Part shown: positions 43,406 to 54,581 of the stretch, one piece after another
Layout of the letters: the number at the start of each line of letters is the position of its first letter
How positions within the stretch are numbered: position 1 is the stretch's first letter
Assembly (NCBI GenBank): GCA_977017575.1
Contig: CDRNVI010000012.1
Location: forward strand, 1,136,653-1,200,652
Length of the DNA: 64,000 nt
Source of the DNA: Paramoeba atlantica
Taxonomy: Eukaryota > Protista > Discosea
Reading direction: 5' to 3'
Position numbers and translations under genes: made by a program
The notes under the pieces: generated by a model
Database searches by the model: none
What the model was told of the DNA's origin: nothing
The model's input: the letters and a program-made list of their open reading frames with translations, nothing else

Positions 43406-46194
43406 ATGACTCTCTCCCGTTTTGCAAGACTCTCACGAAAGCGCTCGTCGCATGGAATAACTCAAACAAAAGTTCAAAAACGCTCCAAGTCTAAGAAGGG
43501 TGAAACCAATGCAGGAGAGTCTTCTTTCTTACTTCCCCCAAATGCAACCGGTACGATGCTGACTACGAAGGGTCCAATTGCCATCCCCCGTCCCCATGAA
43601 GTGTGGTATGGCGCCAAGCCAGGCGAATTACGGGGCACCTCGCCAGAAAAGTTGATAGATCCTCCGATTAAGATGCAGGATTCTCTCTTCTGGCTCCGCG
43701 ATGACAAGCGTACAGATCCGGTTGTGCTAGCACACCTTGCCGCGGAAAATTCCTATACCGAGACGAAGACAGCTCATCTTCGTACGTTACGTGAAAAGAT
43801 TTACAAAGAACACATTCAACATCTAAAAGAAACGGATCGAGAGGCCCTCTATGAAATCGGTTCTCAAGGTATGTACTTCTATTACAAGAGAACTGTAAAA
43901 GGCAAATCCTACCCTATTTATTGTCGTATTGCACAGAAGAAGACTCCGGTCTATGCATTAAGAAGTGAGACTGCCACGGTGAAATCGTCAAAACAAAATT
44001 TCGACGGCCCTCTTCCACACGAGGAAATTCTTCTTGATGTTAATTTTGTTGCACATCAGTCAAAAGAGGCACCTCACTGCACCGTGTCTACCCTGAAACC
44101 CGAACCCACAAAGCATCAATTACTGGCATACACCTTAGACCGCAAAGGGGATGAAGTATTCTCTATTCACTTTCGGAGTACGGCAACATCGAAACTGAAT
44201 TTGAAAGAAGTCATAGAAAATGTCAGTGGCGATGATTTGGAGTGGTCTCCCTGTGGCCGCTTTGTGTTTTATGTGACCAAAGATGAAGTGAAACGACCAT
44301 GGAAGGTGTGGGTTCATCTTCTTGGGACTTCCACATCTCGGGATCAGTGCATATTCACTGAAAGAGATGAGCTTTACGACGTAGGAATTAGAAAATCAAT
44401 TTGTGGGAATTTTCTTCTTTTGGGTTGTTTCAGCTCAGAAACAACCGAGGAGCAAATTCTTTCTTTTTCTGACCTTGAGACCGACCAGACTAAGCCGAAT
44501 AAACTTCGTTCCTCCAAAATTGATACGACTTTGAAACTTTCGTGTCAAATACGAAATAACTTGGTGTGTGTACAATCACGTACCTTTGGTATCCGCTATG
44601 AAGTTTTCCCACACCCCGACGGCACCGTTCTAGTCTTATCCAATCACAACACACAAATCAATAATGTTTTGGCATGGACTACCATGAAAAAAATTCGCGA
44701 AAAGCCAATTAAATCGCTAAAGCCGGATTTTTTTAACGAAATGGAGATTATTGTTCCTCATCGTGACGACAGGACTCTTACGGACGTCACCCTCTTCCGA
44801 AATTTTGCCATTGTTTCTGGACGAGAGCATGGTTTAACCGCTCTCTGGGTACTTTCTCTTGCTTCTTTCAAAAGCATACCATCGCAACGCAAGTCTCAAA
44901 AGAAACGTAAACACGCCATATCCACCCCCGTCGATCCACACCCTTTCTCCCTCCACCCGATTTCCATGTCCTCCACTGCGTACTCCCTCCACGTCTCCTG
45001 CCAAAACCAAAACTTTGAAACTGACACTGTACGTGTGGAGTACTCCACCCCCATCACCCCTCCCATCCTCTACGACATTAACTGTGCCACCCCCTCACAG
45101 CGAACGACTATACACACCACAGTCGTCCCTCACTACGACCCCTCCCACTACGTGTGTGAACGTCACACCGTTCCCTCCATTGGAGGGGTTAACGTGGATC
45201 TTACATTAGTTCGGAAAGTGGATTTTTCATCATCATCTCACCCCAATGAAGATAAACCTCAAGACACCAACAACAACAACAAACCTAAAAAGAACAGCAA
45301 CCAAAACAAAAACAAGGGTCTTAAAAATAAGACAAAAGACAACCCAAATGAAAACAAAAGCCATAACCCTTATGAAAACAATGACCATCAAAACAAGGCC
45401 AATAAAAACCAGGACCACCCAAAAGCAGACCCTCCCAACCCCCATGACCCCCCCCCACACCCCCCCTCCCCCCCAGCCCACCCTCCTCTACGGGTACGGC
45501 TCCTACGGGGTCCCCCTCGACCCCGGTTTCTCCCTCGCCCCCCTCCCCTACCTCTCCCGCGGGGTCCCCCACGCCACCGCCCACACCCGCGGGGGCGGGG
45601 AGAACGGCCGCGCGTGGCACCGCACCCACGGCGCGTACCTCACGAAGGCCAACACCTTCCACGACTTCATCGCGTGCGCGGAGTACCTCGTGGGCCAGCG
45701 GCTCACCCCCCCCCGGGGCGCTGGCCATCGAGGGCCGCAGCGCCGGGGGGCTGCTGCTGGGCACGGTGCTGAATTGGCGCCCCGAGCTGTTTAGGGTGGC
45801 GCTGGCGGGGGTGCCCTTTGTGGATGTCATGACCACCATGGGGGATGGGCGTATCCCGCTCACGGTGGGGGAGTGGCAGGAGTGGGGGAACCCGAATGAG
45901 GGGGTGTTCCATGCCTACATGAGGGGGTACGCCCCGATGGAGAATATTCGGGAACAGGCCTACCCCCATGTGTTGGCGCTCGGGGGGTTGCACGATAGCC
46001 GGGTGGGGTATTGGGAGCCAACAAAGTGGGTGAGTCGGCTGCGGGAGGCGAACACGGAGAGGGGGTCGGATATTTTGTTAAAAATGGATATGGATGTGGG
46101 GCATTTTAGTGCCTCGGATCGGTATAGGTATTGGGAGGAGTTGGCGTTTGAGCAGGCGTTTGTGTTGGATAAGTTGGGAAAAGGGAGTGGGTAG
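43406..46194 (+). CDS. OPB: Oligopeptidase B (S9A), split by two +1 frameshifts in C homopolymers
   Basis: FWLRDDKR..VLAHLAAENSY; LLYGYGSYG..AHTRGGGENG..TKANTFHDF (frame 3); EGRSAGG nucleophile, LHDSRV, GHFS (frame 1). Confidence 0.92.
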
Positions 46195-46454
46195 TGAGGG
46201 AAAAGGGAGTGACGTATGTAGATTGGTTCTTATGCAGAGTGGTTGTGTATTTTTTATTTTTTTCGAATGTACAACTCGTGTAAGGGGTTGCCTCTTTCGT
46301 CAAAAGCACGCGAGACACTTCTTAAAACTTTGTACATGGTAACAAGCAAAAGTTGTTCATGGAAGCACTACAATTTTTGTGAAGGAAATTGCAAGCAAAA
46401 GCTCAATTGTATTCAAAAAAATCTAAATTTGGAGATCTTCATATCCTACCTAAA

Positions 46455-47138
46455 ATGTTCAACCCAGTTTTTCTTGCCTATAGTCACGACTCTCATCCCC
46501 GTGCTGCGAAAATACAGCGTTCTGTTTTGCCTCTAGAAATGCAGCTCGAAAGATTTGTTTCCAATGTAACCAACCGAGACCCTAGTTGGGATTTACAATC
46601 TTCAGTGCGTCATTGGCAGGGCTTTTTCTTTCACTCTTCCGGGTGCTTAAGTCAGATTTGGTTCGCCCGTAAGTCGTTTGGGGGTAATTTATCCTGGACT
46701 TTTCTTCCTGAATCCGTACATGACATTACAGTAAAGGGGGGTGACTTTCAGGGAACTGTTCCATTTGAGAATCTACCTCGGGGGCTAACCTACCTGGATA
46801 TCTCGAGTAATCGTTTTACAGGTCAAGTTAGCTGGGAGGTCCTCCCCACTGCGTTGCGAATACTGAATCTCTCAGAAAATTTATTTACGGGAAAAATTGA
46901 TCTTACGTGCCTACCGCCGCAGATCGATATTTTGGATTTAAGCAAGAATCGTTTCTCGGGGGAGATCTCGCTTCATCGGCTTCCACCTTCTCTGAAAACT
47001 CTACTGTTGGCCGACAATGAACTAAATGGTTCCGTTGATCTTGAGCCGGTGGATGCATCTGTAAAAAAGTTGGACCTTCGCTCCAATAAGTTTGTGAACA
47101 TTAGGCCTAAGGTGATTCCAAGCTTTGTACAGGCATAA
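46455..47138 (+). CDS. Leucine-rich repeat protein
   Basis: LERFVSNVTNRDPSW..VRHWQG cap plus LRRs. Confidence 0.85.
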   Translation: MFNPVFLAYSHDSHPRAAKIQRSVLPLEMQLERFVSNVTNRDPSWDLQSSVRHWQGFFFHSSGCLSQIWFARKSFGGNLSWTFLPESVHDITVKGGDFQGTVPFENLPRGLTYLDISSNRFTGQVSWEVLPTALRILNLSENLFTGKIDLTCLPPQIDILDLSKNRFSGEISLHRLPPSLKTLLLADNELNGSVDLEPVDASVKKLDLRSNKFVNIRPKVIPSFVQA

Positions 47139-47441
47139 TTTATGTACGTGGAATGTTTCGTACCTTTGTGTTTATGGTTCGAACTTCAAAAAATGCAATT
47201 TTTGAGCAGTTTTCAAACAATAAATTTTAAGAGATCATGTTGTACTGCGTACCTAGCGGGGGCACGATGAAAAAAAGAGAGAGAGAAAGAGTACACCCGA
47301 AAAGGAATACCATACTTCATAATCATGAAAGAAAAACTATTTTGCAGCCATCTTAATCATGACACACATGTACTTTGATCTCTGTATTTCGCATTTTTAT
47401 TAACATAAATTTGTCAAACTAATGCAAAGGTTACGCAGAAG

Positions 47442-48233
47442 ATGAGAAATACATGCATGTTTTCCCAGACACTGATTTTTTTCTTAAGTATAAGAATCAC
47501 CATCATTATGATGCGACTCTGTAGTCTTGCGGATGACATGAGCTCAAGGCGGGGAAAGGTAAGCGTCTCACTTCTTTCCTCAGAGATGTCTATGAAGCGA
47601 CTTGTGGAAGACTTGGAACTGCACGATCCATCCGGTAGGAAGCGAAAGGACAAGAAATTTCCTAAAAAGAAACCAGTTTGCAGCTGGGAAGGTGTATCTT
47701 GTAATCTCGAGCATGAAATCCTACGAATTGGTTGGGCCTATAGTGGACTTCGCGGTAACATTAGTTGGTCTTTTTTTCCGTCTACAGTGGCTGACATCAA
47801 TTTACGAAGCAATGCACTCCGTGGTGAAATTATTTCTTCAGCTTTACCAGAAGGTCTCGTTGAGTTGAGTTTGGCCAACAACTTATTTTCTGGACCCCTT
47901 GATCTTGCAAAGCTCCCCAAAACTATACAACATCTTAATGTAGGCGGGAATAAGTTGTCTCAAGCCTCTGGATTTTGCGAACTCCCTGAGCAGATACGGG
48001 AAATACATCTTGAAGATAATTCTTTGCGAGGCACTCTTGACCTTTCTACATTGCCGGCTTCATTGAAATTCATGAATTTATCAGAAAACGCTTATGAGGG
48101 TATTCTTAATCTTACCGAAGTCATTCAAGCGGGTATTTTGCGTCTGGATATTCGAGGGAATTTTTTCACAGAGCAATGCCCAAACGGTGATCAAGATCGT
48201 ATCAAGTTTCATCCACAAAAAGAAAAGCCTTAA
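47442..48233 (+). CDS. Leucine-rich repeat protein
   Basis: VCSWEGVSCNLEHEILRIGW cap plus LRRs; start codon uncertain. Confidence 0.85.
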   Translation: MRNTCMFSQTLIFFLSIRITIIMMRLCSLADDMSSRRGKVSVSLLSSEMSMKRLVEDLELHDPSGRKRKDKKFPKKKPVCSWEGVSCNLEHEILRIGWAYSGLRGNISWSFFPSTVADINLRSNALRGEIISSALPEGLVELSLANNLFSGPLDLAKLPKTIQHLNVGGNKLSQASGFCELPEQIREIHLEDNSLRGTLDLSTLPASLKFMNLSENAYEGILNLTEVIQAGILRLDIRGNFFTEQCPNGDQDRIKFHPQKEKP

Positions 48234-48717
48234 GAGTCGGAGTTTCGTGTTAGAAAAACTTGCGAGTTAACCTCGTTTTGAAAAGCTACTCTTAATTTTA
48301 AGTAATTTGTTTATTTTCAAAAGTACCAAATTTTCGGAAGAAGGAATACAAATGAGACTTTCAAATATTTCAATTATTTTTAAAAGTCCACATTTTAGGT
48401 GCGTCGAACAAACATCAGCATAAACGATGTTCGATACAACAAAATAAGTTAAGCTGTACAAAGTAAGTATGAATGACGTGCACTCCACGTAAAAAGTATC
48501 GTTCCTAATAAAGGCCGATGAAAAAAGTATTCGAGTCTGCAGATGGGGTAGGTTAGGGTAATTGTTTTCACGGTGCTGTTTTGCATCCTGGTACATGATT
48601 TAATATTTATAATCGTCTGCAATATTGAGCACTTCCTTAAATTTTTTACATGCAATGGCAAATTTGTGACGTGTTGAATATGTGAAAATACTCTGCACAA
48701 TATTTCAAGGCGTACGT

Positions 48718-50262
48718 ATGCTTAACTTTCCTCGATTCCGATTTCCCTTTTCTTTGCGACACCCGATACTTCTCTTTCATTCGCGTCGGGATGGTATTGA
48801 AGCTCGTTGCTGTTTTTTTTTTTACGCCCTGCGATTTTTCACGTTTTCCCTCCCAGTCAAGAGTAGAAATGAATTTCTTCCCACGCAATCTGCAGACTCT
48901 CTCCATCTCTCTCCTCTCGTCAACGACAGCTCCGCAACAAATTCATCTCCTACGCACCTGACACCCGAAATCATTTCGCAGGAGAAACAAGAAATCGGAA
49001 CTCATCACACCCACCCACCACCTTCCCCCTCCGTTCTTATTACCTCCTCACCCCCTCCCACCAGTCCACTCATCACCCTACAACCCCACCACCGCGTAAT
49101 GCAAATCCTAATGCACCCACCCCACGTCGAATTCTCCCCCACCACCCCTCCCTTCCGTAACCGCCCATCCTCTCCTCGACCTCAACCCTCCCCATCGCCT
49201 TTCTCTCCTCCTTCCCCCCACCACTACCTCACCACCCCCTTACTCCAATCCCTCTGTGACATCCTCCTCTGGATTGAACAATCCCTCGATTTCGACGGCG
49301 CTGTCTTAGGCACCACATCAACCGTCACTCCCATTCCATCCACATCAAGTTTCTACCCCAACAACAATAGCAACCACAGCAACAATAACCCTAACCCTCC
49401 CCATACCCCTCGAATCACACCTTGGACTTCCCCAACAGCAACACAGCCTTCGACACAACATCGAAACCCCTCATCCCCCTTGCAGGACACTACCCGTATG
49501 GATCGACCAACAGAGGCTCAAAAGGGCTTAAGGACTTCTTCTATTTCTTCTTCTTCTTCTCCCTTATCCTCCCCCTCCCTCCCCTTCAGTCACGGCCTCG
49601 ACCCCTCGTTTCTTCTCCATGCCACCAGTGCGGACTTCGAGACGTTCTGGCACCACCTGCAACAGACCTGGCTCGTGCTGCAGCATCTCCACAAACCGGT
49701 GGTCGCCGCCCTAAGCGGCACAGCCAGCGGTCTGGGATGTGCTCTGGCGCTCGCCTGTGACGGGCGAGTGGCCAGTGAGGAGGGAGGGAGAGGGGAGGGG
49801 GGGGGAGAGAGGAACCGGGAGGGGGCGTCGTTGGGGAGGGACGGGGTACGGATGGGGTTGGATGAGGTGCGGTATGGTTTCGTGCCCCCTCCGTGGGTGA
49901 GTGCACATCTGGGGTATGTGGTGGGGGCACGACATGCGGAGAGGATGATACAGAGTGGGGTGTTGGTGGGTGTAACGGAGGCAAGGAGGCTGGGGATGGT
50001 GGATGAGGTTACGGGTCGTAGTGATCCGAATCCGTTCGCGGTGTTGTGCGTGAATCGTATGCTCGCGCTCCCGAGTTATGGTCGTGCTGCGGTGAAGGCA
50101 ATGATGCGTCGTGAGCTGTGTAGATCGCTCAGGACGGTGACGGATCGTGTGCGTGACTTGGAGTATTTTAGTGCACTGCGAGAGTCGAGGACGTTTCGAA
50201 ACAATTTGGAGCATTATTTAAAAAGGAGGACCCGGAGTGGGTGCGAAAATTCGGTTGTCTAG
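48718..50262 (+). CDS. 3,2-trans-enoyl-CoA isomerase (crotonase family) with low-complexity insertions
   Basis: FSHGLD, FWHHLQQTW, PVVAALSGTASGLGCALALACDGRV, MGLDEVRYGFVPP, EARRLGMVDEV. Confidence 0.85.
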   Translation: MLNFPRFRFPFSLRHPILLFHSRRDGIEARCCFFFYALRFFTFSLPVKSRNEFLPTQSADSLHLSPLVNDSSATNSSPTHLTPEIISQEKQEIGTHHTHPPPSPSVLITSSPPPTSPLITLQPHHRVMQILMHPPHVEFSPTTPPFRNRPSSPRPQPSPSPFSPPSPHHYLTTPLLQSLCDILLWIEQSLDFDGAVLGTTSTVTPIPSTSSFYPNNNSNHSNNNPNPPHTPRITPWTSPTATQPSTQHRNPSSPLQDTTRMDRPTEAQKGLRTSSISSSSSPLSSPSLPFSHGLDPSFLLHATSADFETFWHHLQQTWLVLQHLHKPVVAALSGTASGLGCALALACDGRVASEEGGRGEGGGERNREGASLGRDGVRMGLDEVRYGFVPPPWVSAHLGYVVGARHAERMIQSGVLVGVTEARRLGMVDEVTGRSDPNPFAVLCVNRMLALPSYGRAAVKAMMRRELCRSLRTVTDRVRDLEYFSALRESRTFRNNLEHYLKRRTRSGCENSVV

Positions 50263-50641
50263 ATGAGTTGGTGGTCCCAATCTTTAACAACATTTTGAAT
50301 GGTTTTTAAATGGGCATTACTCAACACCTCTTTTATTTGGAGCAACAAGTGCTCTTGGTGTTCTTGGTTTATCCTTTTTTAATCTTTTTCTTGCCTTGTT
50401 ATGCGTAATATTCTTGCTTTGAGGGACCTTTTTTACAAAAATCAAGGGTCTTCTTTAGAATTTGTTTTATCGCTGATATTAAGAGATCGTTCTCGCTTAG
50501 CTTCAATCGCAAAAACTTTGTTTTTGATATTTACGAGGCATTTAAAATATATCGTTTTCACTAAAAAAAAGAGCTTTGCTTAACTTTATTTTTGCAAAAA
50601 GTGAACGTCAATTACTGCTATTCTTTTTAGTACACACGCTC

Positions 50642-52405
50642 ATGGACGCCTGTGTAATGACTTCGCATGAACCTGAAATGAACAAGTTACGGCACAAGGC
50701 AAATTTATATGAACGGTTGAAAAGCGTCACTCAGAATTCTTTTACGCCTAATGGGTATTCTTTGTGGCATCTTGCCTGTTACAGAATGGTATTTCCATGC
50801 CCTGCACCGCCTGCTCGTTTTGAGCTTCCTATAAAGTTCTTCTCGAAGGATTTTACGTCTTTACGAGATTTTGGGTCGTCCGCTTCATCTGACTCAAAGC
50901 CAGACAGAGATTCCATTGTGGATTGTGTTCTACAGAAATTGGAACCTTTGATGTGTAGAGAAAAGGGGTTAAGAGAGCTCTACGAAGCCCAACGGAGTAC
51001 CACACAATTTAGAAACCCTCACCTCCAACCTGCATCTGTCACCGTCACTTTTTCTCACGCTCCTTCTGGTGACTGTCAAGAACGTATTCACTCGAGTGCA
51101 ATAGCACCAGAGAATCGCAAGTCATGGTCTAAATGTTTATCCTTGGTAAAGTTTTTTGTTACATCCATTTCTGGTTGTGCCAACAAGGAAAAGAAATACA
51201 GTACTGTGATAAGGTTACAAGCGTATCGAAGTGTGACGCCATCGACTGCTCAGAACTGCACAATGACTAATGGAATGCCTACAAGGCATCCGGAATCGTC
51301 AGGTGATTCTACTCTAGAGCGTAAAGCCCTTTGCCAAGGACCTGAGTCTCGTTGTTCTCTCAAGCAGGGCGGAATGGTCTGTCCAAGTCGTCTGAAAAAC
51401 GAAAAAGCTGATCTCACACTAACGACTAAGGAATCGCATGCTGGAAAGCCGCAACAAATTGAAGGTATCCGACAGAATTTGTCTTCATTACAAAATGAAA
51501 ATTCAGTTTCTGCAAGCCTATCTTCGACGCATAGTACAAAAGGGGTGGAACTGCTCAGTTCAAAGGCGGCCTCCGTAGAGCCGATTAAAAAGAATCGGAA
51601 AATAGGATTCCGAAGCCTCCACACCAGGAATACGAATACTGAAGAAGCTAAATCAAAAGACGTATTGTTGATTCCAAATTCTCAAATCTCGGAATCGAAC
51701 TTGATCTTTAAGTGCAGTTCCACGGAGACCGCTCTTCAATCACGAGGATCGACTATGCACCATCTTATCTTCTCGCGTCATCCTTCACCTTCCGAATTGT
51801 CTACCCAGTATTCAACATTTCTACACTCGATCACATGCGAACGCTTTGGCGATGTGGCTAAAACATTCTCATCTAATGCATCTAGGAACCTTAAATTTAC
51901 TTCGGAAAACCCCTCTGCTAATGAGGACTTTCCGTTGCATAAAAAAAATTCTATTCAATCGGAAACACATGTGACTAAGACTCCTTCACATTACGCACAC
52001 ATTCCCAACGATATCTCTTTAAAGATTTGCGAAAAATCCGGTATTCTTCCAACTGGTCTACAACGCGAGAATTCAGGGACAAGCACACACGTCTCCAATC
52101 GTTCTCGAAATTCTATTTCTCGGAAAAACATCCACTCTGATGCCCAAAAAAGGGTTTCAAAAAAGGCCGTTCATTTTCGTGAAGACGCTAAGGAAGTACC
52201 CTTAATAGCAGATCATTTTGTACACCCTTCTCCTTCATCGGCAATTGCATCCCTCATTGATTCCGTTAATAAGCTATTGGAGTTACAAAAAACTCAACTT
52301 CGTGCGTCACAGACACGGATTGATTCTGTGCCATTACAACCTTCCGTTTCGCAAATAGGAAGTAGCTCTGACCATTTTAGTTCCTTTCTTACAACTTCAT
52401 TATAG
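50642..52405 (+). CDS. Hypothetical Ser-rich protein (in frame with the downstream RING ORF)
   Basis: About 590-aa ORF; single TAG at 52403 separates it from the RING ORF in the same frame. Confidence 0.6.
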   Translation: MDACVMTSHEPEMNKLRHKANLYERLKSVTQNSFTPNGYSLWHLACYRMVFPCPAPPARFELPIKFFSKDFTSLRDFGSSASSDSKPDRDSIVDCVLQKLEPLMCREKGLRELYEAQRSTTQFRNPHLQPASVTVTFSHAPSGDCQERIHSSAIAPENRKSWSKCLSLVKFFVTSISGCANKEKKYSTVIRLQAYRSVTPSTAQNCTMTNGMPTRHPESSGDSTLERKALCQGPESRCSLKQGGMVCPSRLKNEKADLTLTTKESHAGKPQQIEGIRQNLSSLQNENSVSASLSSTHSTKGVELLSSKAASVEPIKKNRKIGFRSLHTRNTNTEEAKSKDVLLIPNSQISESNLIFKCSSTETALQSRGSTMHHLIFSRHPSPSELSTQYSTFLHSITCERFGDVAKTFSSNASRNLKFTSENPSANEDFPLHKKNSIQSETHVTKTPSHYAHIPNDISLKICEKSGILPTGLQRENSGTSTHVSNRSRNSISRKNIHSDAQKRVSKKAVHFREDAKEVPLIADHFVHPSPSSAIASLIDSVNKLLELQKTQLRASQTRIDSVPLQPSVSQIGSSSDHFSSFLTTSL

Positions 52406-52462
52406 AATGTAAGCTCGACTTTTGAAAACATTTTTCAATCTTCAGCTTTAGAAGCTACACTG

Positions 52463-52936
52463 GTGGAATTGTGTAAAGTTCGCATTATCAACGCAGAACT
52501 TTGTCAAAAATTAGAAAATCTGCAGAATGCCCGAGCAACAATTAAAAGCTATCGATCTGAAATTGCGCGATTGAAGTCCTGCATGCAACGGGTTCAACGT
52601 GATCTTATGTACGAAATTGTGCGCGATGAGATCATGCGAGAGGAGTGCGAATCATGCGCTACATCGTCGAACGTTCCGAATGCGGAGCCCAATCCTGTAG
52701 AAAATAATAAAGAGTTTGAAAAAATTCGTCGTGCGGCTCTAGTTTATCGCCGCCGACTTCAGTGTAGGGCTTGCGATGGTGTTCACGATATTTCACACGT
52801 ATTACGACAGTGTGGTCATGCATTTTGCAAAACATGTATTGAATCATTGCTGTATCTGCGCCGCCGTAACTGTCCGATTTGTCTTCAGAAAAGCATTGTC
52901 ACCTGGGATGATGTTGTACGTTTTTATCTTGCTTAA
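52463..52936 (+). CDS. Coiled-coil plus C3HC4 RING E3 ligase (Bre1-like C-terminus)
   Basis: CRAC..CGHAFCKTC..RRRNCPIC..DDVVRFYL; first ATG at 52583. Confidence 0.75.
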   Translation: MELCKVRIINAELCQKLENLQNARATIKSYRSEIARLKSCMQRVQRDLMYEIVRDEIMREECESCATSSNVPNAEPNPVENNKEFEKIRRAALVYRRRLQCRACDGVHDISHVLRQCGHAFCKTCIESLLYLRRRNCPICLQKSIVTWDDVVRFYLA

Positions 52937-53586
52937 AAATGTTTCGTTGTTTCTACGTTTTACGGTTGATTTTTTTGACTTCAGCTTTTTATCAGCACAC
53001 AATTCGAATAGCACGTTTTACTTATCATCAAATTACTATTTGACAATTGTTATTTAACAAGTGAAACCCCACCTTACATATTGTTGAGTTAAATTTTCTT
53101 ATGATAGCGCACCACGTCAAAACAATATCACTCACCCTGTCATTAAGAATCGAAGTCGAAAGTTTTTGTCCTCCTTTTCGACGCCTATGAGGGAGTTTTC
53201 TTTTTCAACCTTTTTTCTTTTATCTTATTTTATCTTTTTATTTAATCTTTTATCTTATTTTTTCTTTTGTCTCATACATGTAGCATGTACGTAGTATGTA
53301 CTACGTACCTGTATGCGTATTCCTGTTAGAAAATGGTTTGCTTCTGTTCAGTCCACTTAATTGTATATTCTGATAGTTTTAAGAAAAATATGTTCTGTTT
53401 TCTTTTTCTACAGTATTTTTTTGTCTTTGCTTTCGGGACATCTACATGTAATGCTGGTTGTATTTTTTTTTGTATTCTTTAATTTTTTTTAAGTTTTGCG
53501 CATTCCAGGTATTCATTAATTTTCTATTATACAGTAGCTTTTTAAGTTATTCATTGTCCTTGGGAAGGTACAACTGAGTACTGCGC

Positions 53587-54231
53587 ATGATTCACTCTTC
53601 GGACAACGGTAGCTCTGCGATAGTCCTGCAAGACGCAATATTTACTCCTCAGTGGATCCGGAAAATACGTCTCATGTTTTCCGATATTTCTCTGTATCAC
53701 ACCACTGGACCGGACATAGGGCTACTCCGTGTGACACATACTCTTGACGCTTCGACGCGACTACACTTTCTAGAACAATATGGCACCTCTTCACCGACAA
53801 CCGCAGGCAACTTCACAGAAAGTTCTAAATCTTCAGTGCCAATCGATACGATTGAAGCGATGGCACCATACGAAAAAATGCTCCTGACGCATAGCCCTGC
53901 CGACATTGGAGAGTTAGGGCACGAAGTTGGATTATCCTCTTTTTATTTAGAGGAACTCTTTCGAGTATTACCCAATTGCGTATTACCCAATGAAATTGTA
54001 TCTAGTGTTCCAACAAAAAACAGGGACCTTTGTGTTTCTATGAAGAAAATCGATAAGAAAAAATTTAGTGCTTCCATAAAAGAGCAAAAATCCATGGAAG
54101 TTTCCAAACAATACGAATTCGAAATTGATTGGTACAAACTTTTTTTATCTTCTGAGCCCTTGCGTGACTTGGAGCCCAGTGCACTACGGCCATCTATCTA
54201 CAAATGGATACATGGGAAATATTATAATTGA
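53587..54231 (+). CDS. Hypothetical protein
   Basis: 214-aa ATG-initiated ORF on the coding strand. Confidence 0.5.
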   Translation: MIHSSDNGSSAIVLQDAIFTPQWIRKIRLMFSDISLYHTTGPDIGLLRVTHTLDASTRLHFLEQYGTSSPTTAGNFTESSKSSVPIDTIEAMAPYEKMLLTHSPADIGELGHEVGLSSFYLEELFRVLPNCVLPNEIVSSVPTKNRDLCVSMKKIDKKKFSASIKEQKSMEVSKQYEFEIDWYKLFLSSEPLRDLEPSALRPSIYKWIHGKYYN

Positions 54232-54581
54232 AGACACAAAATTTTTGGCTAGCAAACGCACTTGAGTTTTGTGAAATCGTTTTTACTTGAGCTACAAGTA
54301 ATGTACAGTAAAAGTCACTATTCTGAGAGTCACTAAAAATGAGAATTGGGCTGTCAACGTTCAACTGCCAAAAATGCGAATGCAATGGTAAAATGAGAAT
54401 GGGGCTTTAACTTCTGATGTCAACGTTCAACTCGAATATAACCCAAAAAATGAGAACATAAACTTTTTTGAAGCGATATAAACCTAGGGGCACGTTATTG
54501 CTGCCTTGCACATTACTTCTACCTTGCGGTTTAATGCTACCATGTTGCTTTATTGCTACTATTCGCACTTTATTGCGACTA

